A stretch of 64,000 bases of DNA from Octopus vulgaris. Lineage: Eukaryota. The notes beneath the pieces were generated by a model, which was given only the letters and a program-made list of their open reading frames with translations, made no database searches and was not told the origin of the DNA. This document shows, piece by piece, positions 35,210-48,400 of the stretch. The first letter of the stretch is position 1. Each line of letters starts with the position of its first letter. A program made the translations under genes and the position numbers. The stretch covers positions 139,562,001 through 139,626,000 of the forward strand of contig OX597817.1 of assembly GCA_951406725.2 (NCBI GenBank), given 5' to 3'.

Positions 35210-37620
35210 GTTGCCCATCCAGTGAAGCATGCTTGCTTCGTTCCTTTCTATCTTAGCAGTTCCTCTCTATTCAGCAACCACATCTCACTACCATGTAGCA
35301 GAGCACTTCATACACTGGCGTTGTACAATCTGCCTTTTGCTCTGAGAGAAAAACCTTTTGTTATCAATGGAGGAAGAAGCATCCTGAACTTTCTCCAGCC
35401 TGTTCTTATTGTCTGTTATACTTTTGAGAACTTCCTGCACCACAGCTAATTTGGTCCCCTAAGAAATAGAAAGTGTTTACTACCTCTAAGCTTCCTTCTG
35501 GTTAATTGGAGGCATCTACTTCACATCAACTCTGAATATTTATTACTTCTGACACATACAAAGTCTACTTTCTCTTTTCACCTGCCTTTCATTTCACTAC
35601 CACTCTTTTGTGTCCATAGTTTGCACTAAGTACACCATATGGGACTCCTACCTGCACCTTTTCTACATATTGAGCAAGGTTGTTTCTCTGATGGTAGGGT
35701 TAGGGCCCCTGACTGTTTTCTTATTGACTTAAGTTAAAACTCTATGATTTTCAATTTTCCTTCATCTGGAATTTCTTTTCCAGTCTTACTACACATCCAG
35801 CTGTAAGGATGAGATCATCAACATAAATTAGTTGTCATAGACAACTAATTTATGGTTTGAAAGATTATAATAAATAGAAGGAAACTGAGCCCTGAGATCT
35901 GGGGGATCCCTAACTGCTCGCTAAATTCATCAATGTACTCATTGCTAACTCTCACCCTATTGACAGCAACCCACTGCACTGTACATGGCTTGTATGGCTC
36001 TCACAAACCACTTGTCTACTCCTAGTTTCCCCAGAGGCAACCAGATCATAGAGGGTGATGGGGTCTCTGTCAAAGTTTTCTCCAGGTTGATCACTGCTAA
36101 GTACAATGATTTACTCTTAGCTAAATACTTTTCCAGCAGCTGACCAACAGCATCAGTGCTACTTCTATCCGTACAGACCCAAACTGCATCTGATTTTGGC
36201 CAGCTCTTTCCTTCATCAATCAAACCTTAACTATTTCTATAAGTTTCATGATCTGACCCTACAATTTGATGCCTGTGTCATTACTTCTCTGAGGCATCTC
36301 CTTTACTCTTTGTAACTGTTGACAATAATGCTGCCATGCCAATCTCTGTGCAACCTGATTAACTATGAGTAACTAGACCATGTCCTACTCCGCCAGATAT
36401 TTTAAGCATTTCAATGGTGATTCTTTTGGGTCCATATTGGAAACACTCTCCTTCTCCATGTTTAATAGCCTCCCATAAATCTTTCTTTTCAGACTCATTC
36501 GGTGCAAATCTCCCATTATCCATCTGCACACATTTTTCACTCACAATATTTTGATTTTCTCTGATGAAGCCTTGCAGACTGGAACCACACCATTGGTTCT
36601 CATACAGCAGGTCAATGACAACTCTTGCTTTCTTTCTTTTTCCCCTCTGCCAAGTAAACCTGTCACCCAACTTCTATTGTTGTTTCCTAGTAGTATTCTC
36701 TATAGACCCACATTCTTGCAGTCTTTGTAAGCTTATCTCTTTGCTTTTATGGTTCTCTCCACCTAATTGTTCCACCACCATGTTGTCTTCAATCTATCTG
36801 GAAGCTTGCACCAACCACAGATTTGGTCTCTAATCCACAGCAGGTTGTCCTATTGCAACTTCCAACTGTCCTCTACGCTGTAAGTTTCTACCTCATCTTT
36901 CTCTTTCTTTTTGTTAAATACTTCTCTAAATTTCCAACTGCTTGCCAGATATTTAAGCTTCCATATCCTCCTTTTCCAAAATGATTTCTACTTTTGAGTC
37001 CACCTAGCTTCAAATCTGAATTCATTAGTAACTGACGTTGGCTTGGACATTCTCTACCAATCAAGAACAGCTGTTTGTTCATCCCATTTCCTACAGAGAA
37101 TGAAGTCTGGCTTGTGTGTTCCCCAGGCTGATAAGTGATCAGGTGGCTGGCTGCTTTTCTAAAGTTTGTGTTGCAGAATATCAAGTCATTATCCTCACAG
37201 AACTCCTGCAGCCTTGTCTCTTTTTATCTTGAGCCCAAGCCGCCATACGTGCTATGGACTCTGTGAGAGTGTTGTCCAGCTATGATGATAAGGCCATTGC
37301 CATTTGTCATCAAGATAATAGTCAGTCTTTTGTTCATTTGTCATCCAGATTGTGGAACATATGCAGAGATGTCACAGTTACATTAACTAAGATTAGTCTA
37401 AGCTTTATTATTCCATTACATTGACTACCTCAATCGCTTTATCTACCTATTTCCCAAGTGATATTTTTACCCCACCTACAACTTCACTACTGCCTACCCA
37501 GAACAAATTATACCTTTGTTTCTTGTCTGTGCAACATCAGGAAGAGGCTCTCTTCCATCTTATATCTTGTACACATCATACATAGCCACTCTAGCATTTC
37601 AACAGTCTCCAGACATATTT
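35210..37620 (-). mobile_element. Old, heavily decayed near-full-length RTE LINE
   Basis: [52 protein letters not shown] pieces. Confidence 0.85.
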
Positions 37621-39299
37621 TTCATTGTGGCTGCTGTAAGGATGTGGACTCAATAAGACTGAGTGGAGAGCAGGGGAATATTGTTCACTTGAAATAGTTT
37701 GTGGCAACATTTGACAACTGGCAGCAGGCTCTTGCACACATGTTCAAATATTTTTACTCACTGGTTTACTATTATCGATAACTAGACCACTGGAGTCAAG
37801 TATTCGTGAGAAGAGAAAAAGGGATCCTCCATCTAGACACCAAGAGTTGACATCCTCATCTCATTACACTAACCACAAACATAAATAATGGATTGCACAA
37901 GGTGAGCTTGTATTTGATACTTTCTACCATCACTCTCTCTCTCTCGAAATATTCTTGCTCCCTTCTGGGTACATCTTTGGCATTGCCCTCACTCTCATCA
38001 CATTATCTTGAGTGGAATGAACATCATAAATTCATGGAAATTCTGTAATTTTATAGGCTAGAAAGCCAATCCACAAAAGTGCAGGTGCCACAATAACATG
38101 CACCCAACCCACTTTGTAAAGATGTTGACGATAAGAAGGGCTAACAGCAGGATAAAACAAGCAAAATGGCTTTGTGATTTATCTAGGTCAGTTTCTCGTA
38201 TGAAGAGTGTGTCAATCTGTCCAACCCAAGTGAGCATAGAAGGCAGACATAAAGTGATGATGATGATGAGGAGGAAGAGGCTGTTGGTTTCAGAAATAAA
38301 AGAATGCAAGGAAGCTGGTAAGAATAAAAGAGAGCGAGTGTAGTGTGGAACAGTCCTTTTGCCAGGCTGTTCTGCTTCAATGGAGAAAAGAATGACACAA
38401 GTATGAAGAGGAACAACAAAATACTTTTACTTATCAGAGTATGCTTGTTCAGTTTTGCTTTATGTTCATTTTACCAGGATAACATGGATAAGATGAATAT
38501 ATTTTTGCAGCAATGTTTTAAAGTTGGATGCTCTTCCAGTCACTAACCTTTATCTGTTTATCAAATTAGGAATCTCTTACTTCAGAATCATTGAAGGCAA
38601 GAAACAAACCAATAATTTATTAACAAGAGAAATAACAATATCACTTTCATAGGACACACACGAGACTTCTTTCAGTTTCTCAACCAATTTCACTGATAAG
38701 ATTAGTCACAGCTGTAGGACTGAACCTGGAACCATGAGTGAGAAGCAAGGTTCTTAAGCACACAGCTATGCCTGCATCAAAAGTGTACATTTGCAGAGAG
38801 AGAGGGGGGGATGAGAGTTAAAAGCATTACTGAATCATTGAATAACAAACAGAAGAATATATTTTAAGAACAAATCTTCACAGCCAATTTATTGTTACAC
38901 AGAATCATTTTACAGAATGGTTTTCTCACAACCAATAACTGCAAGAAGGAAAAAAAGGTTTTAAAAAGAAATGCAGAATCAACTGAAAACAAAGCTTTCA
39001 ATTAGACAGAATCGTTTAGGTTTTCATTCTTAATGTTTTGTTTCATTGAAATATTTATAAAAATTGATGAGAGGTTTTCCTTGTCACTGAAGAAACCTCT
39101 CTCCTCCTCCCAGGAGATACTCTATATTTTGTACCAATAAATATATTACAGGACCAACATGCACAAAGAATAATTAATTGGGTTTAATTAAAATTTCATT
39201 TTTTAACTGAAAAATAAAGAAAAGGGAATGTAAAAGAGAATTGAAGGTTATTGGAGAAATATTTCAAAACTATTTTGTTTTTATTATTCAATGAACTTA

Positions 39300-39655
39300 A
39301 CTGTTTGCTGTTGAGCGAACGGTCTTCATCCCAGAGCTCACAAGATGGGAGAAGTCCGAAATGTGGTCCTTTGCTTTTCGTAAGACCCACAGAAGAGAAA
39401 ACAGGTCAACCCCCGAGAGCATCGACGGATGGATGAATGCGCATCCAGGCTCAGTGGTTGCGTAGGAAGTTGGGGACAAGAAACAGGAAGAAAGAGTGAG
39501 AGAAAGTTGGGGCAAAAGAGTACAACAGGGGTCGCCACCACTCCCTGCTGGAGCCTCGTGGAGCTTTAGGTGTTTTCGCTCTATAACCACACACAACGCC
39601 CGGTCTGGGAATCGAAACTGTGATCCTCCAACCGCGAGTCCGCTGTGCCTCCACT
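39300..39655 (-). mobile_element. SINE family B
   Basis: Reverse complement of 5436-5815. Confidence 0.9.
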
Positions 39656-39860
39656 TGCTGTTGCTGCTTAGCCCTTGGTCATTCCTGATTAAAACAGGAG
39701 TTTCCACCCATAACCATCCAGTCTTTTTGTATATCTATGACTACATTGTCCAATGTCTGTTTTGAGTGGATTTGGTAACTATTACTAGCAGGGTGTGCAA
39801 CAACATACAGGTGGCAGAAGTAAAAAAAAAAAAAGATAGTTTTCTTAATACTGAAATAGT

Positions 39861-39866
39861 TTTATT
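39861..39866 (-). terminator. Candidate polyadenylation signal for kelch (implies about 2.5 kb 3' UTR)
   Basis: Minus-strand AATAAA followed about 25 nt later by a T-run. Other AATAAA hexamers exist (e.g. near 41620), so this one is not unique. Confidence 0.35.
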
Positions 39867-42322
39867 CTAATGAATGTAACATCCTTTAAAGACTAGATTC
39901 ACCATGTGATGGAAAAGTCCAAAATGTTAATCTATGGTAACAGGTGTATGTGAATTACTGGATCTATACAGCTCAGATATGTAACATGAAGGAACAATCG
40001 TGTGTGTGTGTGTAGCTGTACTTGTAATAATAATTATATCACTTAATCTCACTACACATTATTTTCCCCAAGTTAAGATTTAAGATCAGATAATTTTTTT
40101 TTTTAAATTAATAAAAATAGATTTTAAATTTAATTCATCAAAATCAAGGGAACTGAAGCTCCAATTTTTTGTTGGCAACCTTTAGCTCTTTTGTTAGAAT
40201 AATTCTGTTGAAGTACACCATCTTTGTTTCAATTCATTTTGCAAATAATGAGTAATTTAGTGGAATAATTTTGCCATTATTAAGCTGGTGTGTGAAACAG
40301 AAATTAAAATGAAGTTTTGATAGGAGAAGGTTAAGATTTTGATCCATTTTAAAACAGGAAGTTTGTATTGTAGAAGAACAGGAACAGTGACAGGCTGGAA
40401 CTGAAAGGATTTTATAGAGTTGCAATGATAAAAGTCAAAGAAACAACTGAACCATTTTGTTGTTATGAAGAAAAGAAAACAAATTCAGGTAAGTTGTTGG
40501 TCACAATAATGGATAAGTTTGAAAGGAATATCATTGTTGGAGATTTGAAGAGAACAAACCAACCGAGAGTGAGGATGAGGTGTCGGATTTCAGAAGCAGA
40601 GGCTGAAAACTGAGTCTGCAGCAGATGTCTATGATTGGACAGCGGAATGAATAACAGGCACCCAACCTTCTAATATTAGACAAGTCCCTACTGTAAAACC
40701 TAGCAGCAGTTGGTAGGTTTTGTCTAATTTTACGGACAGGGTCCATAATAGATTTAAAATCTGGAGGGTGTGAGGTGGGGCAGTTATGAATAATTAAAAT
40801 GATTTCAAATGTTGGCACAAGGCCAGCAAATTCAGGAAGAGGGGTGAAATCGATTTCAGTGATCAACTGGTCCTTATTTTATCGATTCCGAAAGGATGAA
40901 CGGTAAAGTCAAGTTTGGCAGAGTCTGAATTCAGAATGTAAAGTTGGAAGAAAAGTTGCAAAACATTTGGCCAAAAGAGCTGATGGTTCTGCCAGCTTGC
41001 AACCTTAATATTAAAACAATACAGTTGAAGTCTAAGTAGCTCTTTAAGGATGTTTACATCATAGTATTTAAGTAATTACTAATTACACAGCCCAATTATT
41101 TACACACACACAGGCTTGTACTCCATACAAATGTCAAATATGCAAAAGAGAAACATCGTATTCAACGACACGGGGATAACTAAACGCCAACGTTGGAAAC
41201 ACAATTAGAACTGTCAACACACACATCAACGATTCCGAACTGAAATCCCAGAGTTTCACAAGGATTCCGTATTTGGTTTTACATATTCTTTTGTGTTCGT
41301 TAACAGCTCAAATAAATATAGTTTTCCCTCCAGACCAAAGAAAATAACAAACAGTGGCATAGCAAAGAGACCAAAAAGCCTGAAAAGGAAAAAAAAAAAA
41401 AAAAACCTAATTTAACAACAATAATGTCATACAAAAGAGACAACGAAGGTTGTTTAGGAACATGAACCTGAAACCATTCCAATGGAACAAAAAAAAAAAA
41501 AAAAGATTATTTTAGTTTCCACTCTGGCAATTCTTAATGAAGGAAGATTATTAAAGGATAATAGAGTGATGATGATGATGATATACCAAACTGGACTTTA
41601 GTTGAGAAATTTCTGAAATTTATTTCTTTTTATTAAAACAGAAAATGCATAGAATTTAAGTCATTAGTTTTTATACTGAGGATGATGATGATGATAACGA
41701 TGATGATGATCATAAATAAATTATCATAGATTATAATTGCACAAACATTTTTTTATAAAAATAAATTCACATTTCATTTTTCTTTTCTTCTTGATCTTTT
41801 TACATTCTTTAGACACCAAGATGGATCCAGGAGGAATTGACATGAAACCAGACCCTTTTGGGGTCACCGTTTACAGACAAAGATAAAAAACAAAGACAAA
41901 CATTACTTTTGTGATTCTTTCCTGTCTGTGTATATGTGTGTATGTATGTATATATATACATACATACATGTGTCTGTGTGTATATAAATATATACATACA
42001 CACATACATGCGTATGTGTGTATGTATATACATACACACACACATATATATACACACACACGTCTGTGTCTACAGACCTACACACACATGTATGAGATTA
42101 TCTGGCAGGTTTTCAGAGTTCTTTTCTCAAGTAATTTGCAGGTGTGTGTGTGTGTGTGTGTATTTGTCACTCAACAGTTGTAAATAGTGGTCAGCAATGG
42201 CCAGAATTTCTCACTCACTGCATCATTTCCGAACATTCTTCATTCATTTGTCACCAGGATAATTTCAGAGTTTATACTTTTTTTCTGTAAAAGACAGGTT
42301 TTCGTTAAACGATGACAGTCTG

Positions 42323-42498
42323 TTATGTGATAGGCTTATCAATCACAACAACTCCTGCATAACTTCGTCCTGTTACCATACATGAAGGTAATAAGGTCCA
42401 TTTATTGAGTTTGGCATCGTAGCACTCAATAGAGCCCAGATTTGAAGAGCCATCATCTCCACCAATCACATACAAAAGACCTTCATTTGTCACAACTC
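42323..42498 (-). CDS. KLHL2/3: Kelch terminal coding exon: Kelch repeat 6 and TAA stop
   Basis: tttcag|GA GTT ...; [20 protein letters not shown]...[15 protein letters not shown]. Confidence 0.95.
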
Positions 42499-45400
42499 CT
42501 GAAAAACAAACAAACACACATATATATATAAAGGGAGAAAATATTAACTGATTAATTTCATTGCAGTATATTACTGGTACCTATTTTATATATATCTAAA
42601 TAAACCCTGCATGAAACAGTGCACTAAATTCCTGATCTAGTTTCTTCGTTAATGGATTAGTTCAGCTTTAGTCCCCACCCCCCATTCTTGATGATAGCAT
42701 TGTTTGCATGGTCGTTATTGGTTAGATGCTAGTGCACTCTCAAGTGAACACCGATTTCTCTTTCTGTAACACTAAATAGAAATGGCAGCAAAAGATTGGT
42801 TCCTGGATTTCTTGCACCGATCTTTCTTCAGTGGACTGGACTATCTGATAACAGAGTTGAAAATCATGTCTTGAAAGTACTTCTTGAGGAATGGCACCAC
42901 AGATATTAATACTGAATTTATATCATAATCTGAAAGACCAAAGTCATGCTCAACAGGCAGGTTATACTAGCGCTCGTCACCATAAACAGCAAGACCATAG
43001 AAGAAGTAGACAGCTAGGTTTACTTGGGAAAGAATATGATAAAAGACTGGCCAGAGATGGTTTTCCAATAATACAAAAGCTTTTAAATCAAGTAGTAACA
43101 TTTTATTATTGGAAAACCTATATTTTTGGCTGAAGAGCACTCAACATCTTAAATCTGCTGTAATAATTACAACTTTTAATAAAATGTTGTAGTGCGAAAC
43201 AATTGTACCAAATTACCGGAGTCATTCTTGTTGCTTATTTTTGAGTGTATATATATATATATACATATATATATATGGGCCTCATGGAGGCAATGACCAA
43301 GACCCTTGGCATTATGTTGTGCTTGAGAAGAAGACCCATCAAGCCAAGTAAAATCGTAAAAGCACCCATTATGCTCTCAGAGTGATTGGCATTAGGAAGG
43401 GCATCCAGCTGTAGAGACCATGCCAAATCAGACTGGAGTCTGGTGCAGCCTTCCAGCTTGCCAGCTCTGGTCAATTTGTCCAACTCATGCCAGCATGGGC
43501 AACCGATTCTAAATGATGATGATGATACACGCCATGAGCTTCTTTCAGTTTCCATCTACCAAATCCTCTCATGAAGCATTGGTCAGCCCCAAGGCTGCAG
43601 CAGAAAACACTCGCTTGAGTTGCCAAGCAGTAAGAGTGAACTCGAAAACTATCATCATCATTTAATGTGTGACTTCCCAACTGGAATGGGTCGAATGGTT
43701 TGCCAAGACCTGGCAGGTGTGAGGATTGCATCGAGTCCCAATCTCTGTTTAGGCATGGTTTCCATGATGGTTGCCTTTCCTAATGCCAACCACTTGGAAG
43801 TGTGCGTTGGGTGCTTGTTTTCTTGACATCACCAATAATGAAGTTGCCAAGTAATTCACAAGATCCCTTATTTCAGGGGGCGACTGAGGAGCAAGAGCAT
43901 GATGGAGGGGACAGAGGAACAAGTGTTTATGCCAGGTGTGGTGGGGCAAGAAGATGATGCAGGGACAGAGGAACAAGTGTCTTGCTGAGGAGGAGATACA
44001 TGGTTACACAAACAGGAAAAGGGAAGAAAATGGTAGTTGATGATGATGTGTCAGGACATGGGAAACAAAAATATTTAGTCAAAATAAAATAATTTTGTGT
44101 TTAACATACCAGCATTTCTACGACAAAAATGCATGTCTGCCACTAAACTCCACGTATTGGTTTGTGGGTTGTAAACTTCTACACTTTTGCGTACAAGGGG
44201 TCCATCATGACCCCCAACTGCATATAATAAACCATCTACAACTCCTACACCTAAAAAAAAAAAATGAAGAAAATCACATTTAAAAACACAAAATTCTTCT
44301 GAAACAAATAATTTTATTAAGTCATGGGAATATTTTGTCAGGACTGGAAACAAAATGTAAAACTGCATCAAACTCTAACAATTTATTTATGTAATTTACA
44401 ATGAAATAGAAATTAATTTGGTTGGAAGAAAAAAAATTAATCTGATGTAGTTACAAATCAGTCTGTTGTAAAAAGTAATTAAAAGATTCATAATAATTTT
44501 CACCAAAGCCTCTCCTTCCAATTAAATGTTGCACAAAGCTGTTTCGTCGTCGTTGTTATCGTCATCATCATCATCATCATCATGCATCGCTTTCTATGCT
44601 GGCATGAATTGGATAGTTTGACTGAGGACTGGTGAGCCAGATGGCTGCACAAGGCTCCAATCTGATCTGGCAGAGTTTCTAGAGCTGGATGCCCTTCCTA
44701 GCGCCAACAACTCCAAGAGTGTAGTGGACGCTTTTATATTCCACTGGCACGAGAGCCAGTCAGGTGGTACAGGCAATGACTACGCTCAAATGGTGTTTTT
44801 TATGTGCCACCTGCACAGGATCCAGTCCAGTGGCACTGGCCTCGCTTGAATGTTGTTTTTCACATGTCAGTAAGGTGATGCTGGTAACGATCACGCTGGA
44901 ATGGTGCTTTTTAGGTGCCACCAGCATGGGAGCCAGTCAGCAGCCCTGGTGACGATCACACTCAGATGATGCCAGTCATGTGATGCTGTCATTGAATTTG
45001 ATTTCAATTTCACGTGCCTCAACAGGTCTTCGCAAGCAGAGTTTTACTTTGAACGAGAGGCCCTTTGTCACCAGCAGAGGTAAGAGTTCTCTGAACTTTG
45101 CCCAGGCTATTCTTATTCTAGCAGGTACACTTTCAGCACACCCTTCCCCGCTACTGACTTGGTCACCTAGGTAATGGAATCTATCAACTACTTCTAGTTT
45201 TTCTCCCTGGAATATGGCAGAAGTTGTTCTCTGCACATTTTCAGTGTTATTTATAGCTCCCGAGCATCTGCAACATACAAAAACTATCCTCCCAGTTAGC
45301 CTTCCTTTGATATTGCTGCACCTCTTATGCGTCCATAGCTTGCACTGGGTACATCTGATAGAGTTTCTACCTACACCTTTTCTACAGATCGAGCAGGGCC

Positions 45401-48400
45401 ATTTACCTGAAGGGATTTGTGGCTTACCTGCCTTTCTACTTATTAGGACTTTGGTTTTAGCTAGGTTGACTCTAAGGCTCCTCGATTCTAATCCTTGTTT
45501 CCATACTTGAAACTTCTCCTCTAGTTCTGATAGTGACTCAGCAATTAGAGCAAGGTCATCAGCATAGAGGAGCTCCCAGAGGCATCCTGTCTTGAATTCC
45601 TCTGTTATTGCCTGGAGGACTATGATAAATAGGAGGGGGCTGAGGACTGAACCTTGGTGGACCCTTACCTCTACTCTGAATTCTTCTGTGTACTCGTTGC
45701 CATCCCTCACCTTACTGACAGCATCCCTGTGTATGGCTTGCACAGCTCTCACTAACCATTCTTCTATCCCTAGTTTCCTCATTGACCACTAGATAAGGGA
45801 TTGGGGGACCCTGTCAAAAGCTTTTTCCATGTCAACGAAAGCCAGGTATAGAGGTCTATCTTTGGCTAGGTATTTCTCCTGCAGCTGTCTTACCAGAAAT
45901 ATAGCATCAGTGGTGCTTTTCCCTGGCACAAACCCAAGCTGCATCTCATCTAATCTGACTCTCTCCCTAATTAGTTGGGCTGTGACTCTCTCTGTGACCT
46001 TCATTACCTGATCCAACAACTTGATACCTCTGTAAATATTTGTATATAAGGCGTCACCTTTACCTTTGTAGCAGTTGACTATAGTACTGCTACACCAGTC
46101 ATTGGGTATGACTCCTTCATATATCACCTGGTTGACTATACGAATGACTAGGCTATAGCCAACACTGCTAGATATTTTGAGCATCTCTGCAGTGATTCCT
46201 GATGGGCCGGGAGCTTTCCCTGTCTTCATACGCTTAATTGCTTTATCTACGAAGGTACTGTTAACAGAGAGATAGCTGGTCCCTCTGTTGGGTCGACATT
46301 CAGCAGACTCTCTTTCTCCCATTCATTCCCTTTATCGAGCAACCTTTCATAGTGGCATCACCAAACCTCTCTCTTTTTGCAGCCTCATTTAGTGCAAGTG
46401 AACCATCATCCATGCAGACACATTTCTCTCCTACAACATCACGATTATCTCTCACACACTGTTTTGCAACACGAAATACCTCATGTCTTTGGTCCTCATG
46501 GCGCAGAACAAATGTTTTCTTATCTGCTTCTCCTCTGGCTAAATAAACCTGTCTCCTAGCTTCCCTTCTGGCAGTCTGATACAATTCCCTGCTACCTATT
46601 TATGTTGTAAAAATCTAGAAACTTTAAGTGATATGAAGTAAATTGTTTTTAACAGTGGAACTTGAAGAGAATAAAGTTATGAATAACAGAATAAAGAATA
46701 TTGGATTTAAAAAGAACCCTTTGACTTCTTCACCATCCAAGTGAACCCAATATTCTACATTCTATTATTTGCAGCCTTATCTGCTTCAAGTTCCACTGTT
46801 AAAAATAATTTACTTCTGGTATAAAGATATCTTGCTTACCAGCACCACTTCTTCTACAAGACATTTCTGCAGCAGGATGCCAGCAGTTTGCTTCAGGATC
46901 AAAATATTCCACTGTACTTAAACATTGTCTGGAACAACCATCATACCCTCCGACTGCGTAAAGGAAACCTGCCACAAAAGAACCAAAACATTATGAAACA
47001 TAAGTAAAACCAAGAGAGACACAAAGGAAAATAGCATCGGGTTATCAAGAAGATCGTTTGAGAATGTTTCTTCAACAGATCGATGAAATATACCAATCTT
47101 GAAGAACTGGCAAAACATTGGTCAAGACAAAAACAGAGAAACCATTAGTGAGGGAGAAAAGGAGATTAACACAGAGCGACTGATTTCTTTAACACACACA
47201 CAAGGGAAATTCTCAGCTAATCTTTCTACATAGCGATGGGGATGAGAGATATGAATCTTTCACTGTAGTGAATATACATCTGCAACGTGGAGGCGCAATG
47301 GCCCAGTGGTTAGGGCAGTGGACTCACGGTCGGAGGATCGCGGTTTTGATTCCCAGACCAGGCGTTGTGTGTGTTTATTGAGCGAAAACACATAAAGCTC
47401 CACAAGGCTCCGGCAGGGGGGGGGGCCCTGTTGTACTTTTTGGCTCCAACTTTCTCTCACTCTTTCTTCCTGTTTCTTGTCCCGATTTCCTACGCAACCG
47501 CTGAGCCTGGATGCGCATTCATCCATCCGTCGATGCTTTTTGTGTTGGGGGTTGACCTGCTTTCTCTTCTGCAGATCTTACGAATAGCAAAGGACCACGT
47601 TTTGGACTTCTGAAGAAGACCACTTCGCTCAACAAAGAAACATCTGCAACAGAAATCTTTCAACTAGCACAAAGCCACACTCCTTTAATACAACTCCCCA
47701 CTCCCAGTTGAAGGGATTTTTGTCTTGCAAGGCACTCGCTGACCTTGTTGGTGCTGGTGCAATGTAAAAAGCACCCAGTACACTCTGTAAAGTGGTTGGT
47801 GTCAAGAAGGGCATCCAGCCATAGAAACCATGCCAAAACTAACGCCTGGAGCCTGGTGCAACCCTCTGGATTGAGAATTCCTAGTCAAACCCTCCAACCC
47901 ATGCCAGCATGGAAAATGGATGTTAAATGATAGATGAATGGAAAAACACCAAGAACAGAATATATATAAAGAGCAGGGGACATTTGTAAAGATGCAAACG
48001 GATTTAACTGGTCTAAATCATTTCATGGCTGTGGCCAGTACCACCAAACTGGCCCACCGGCACGAGGGCTAATTTGGTGGTACTGACAACAGTCACGCCC
48101 AAATGGTGCGTAAAAAGCACCATTTGGGCGTGGCCGGTGGCACGTAAAAGCACCCACTACACTCTTGGAGTGGTTGGCATTAGGAAGGGCATCCAGCTGC
48201 AGAAACTCTGCCAGATCAGATTGGAGTCTGGTTCGCCAGACCTCAGTCAAATTGTCCAACCCATGCTAGCGTGGAAAGCGGACGTTAAATGATGATGATG
48301 AGGTCTTTTGTCCTTCTGGAACATTTAAGGAGATACTCCATATTCCTCCATCAATAAGGATTTTACAATTTGATGTGTGACTGTGTGGCTGATATAGGTG

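Noticed and set aside
42305-42325. Stop-codon readthrough as in Drosophila kelch (ORF1-UGA-ORF2)
   Set aside because: The stop is TAA and a second in-frame TAA follows five codons later (TAA CAG ACT GTC ATC GTT TAA)
47287-47360. tRNA genes
   Set aside because: tRNA-like segments are SINE heads that continue into SINE bodies with tails and TSDs
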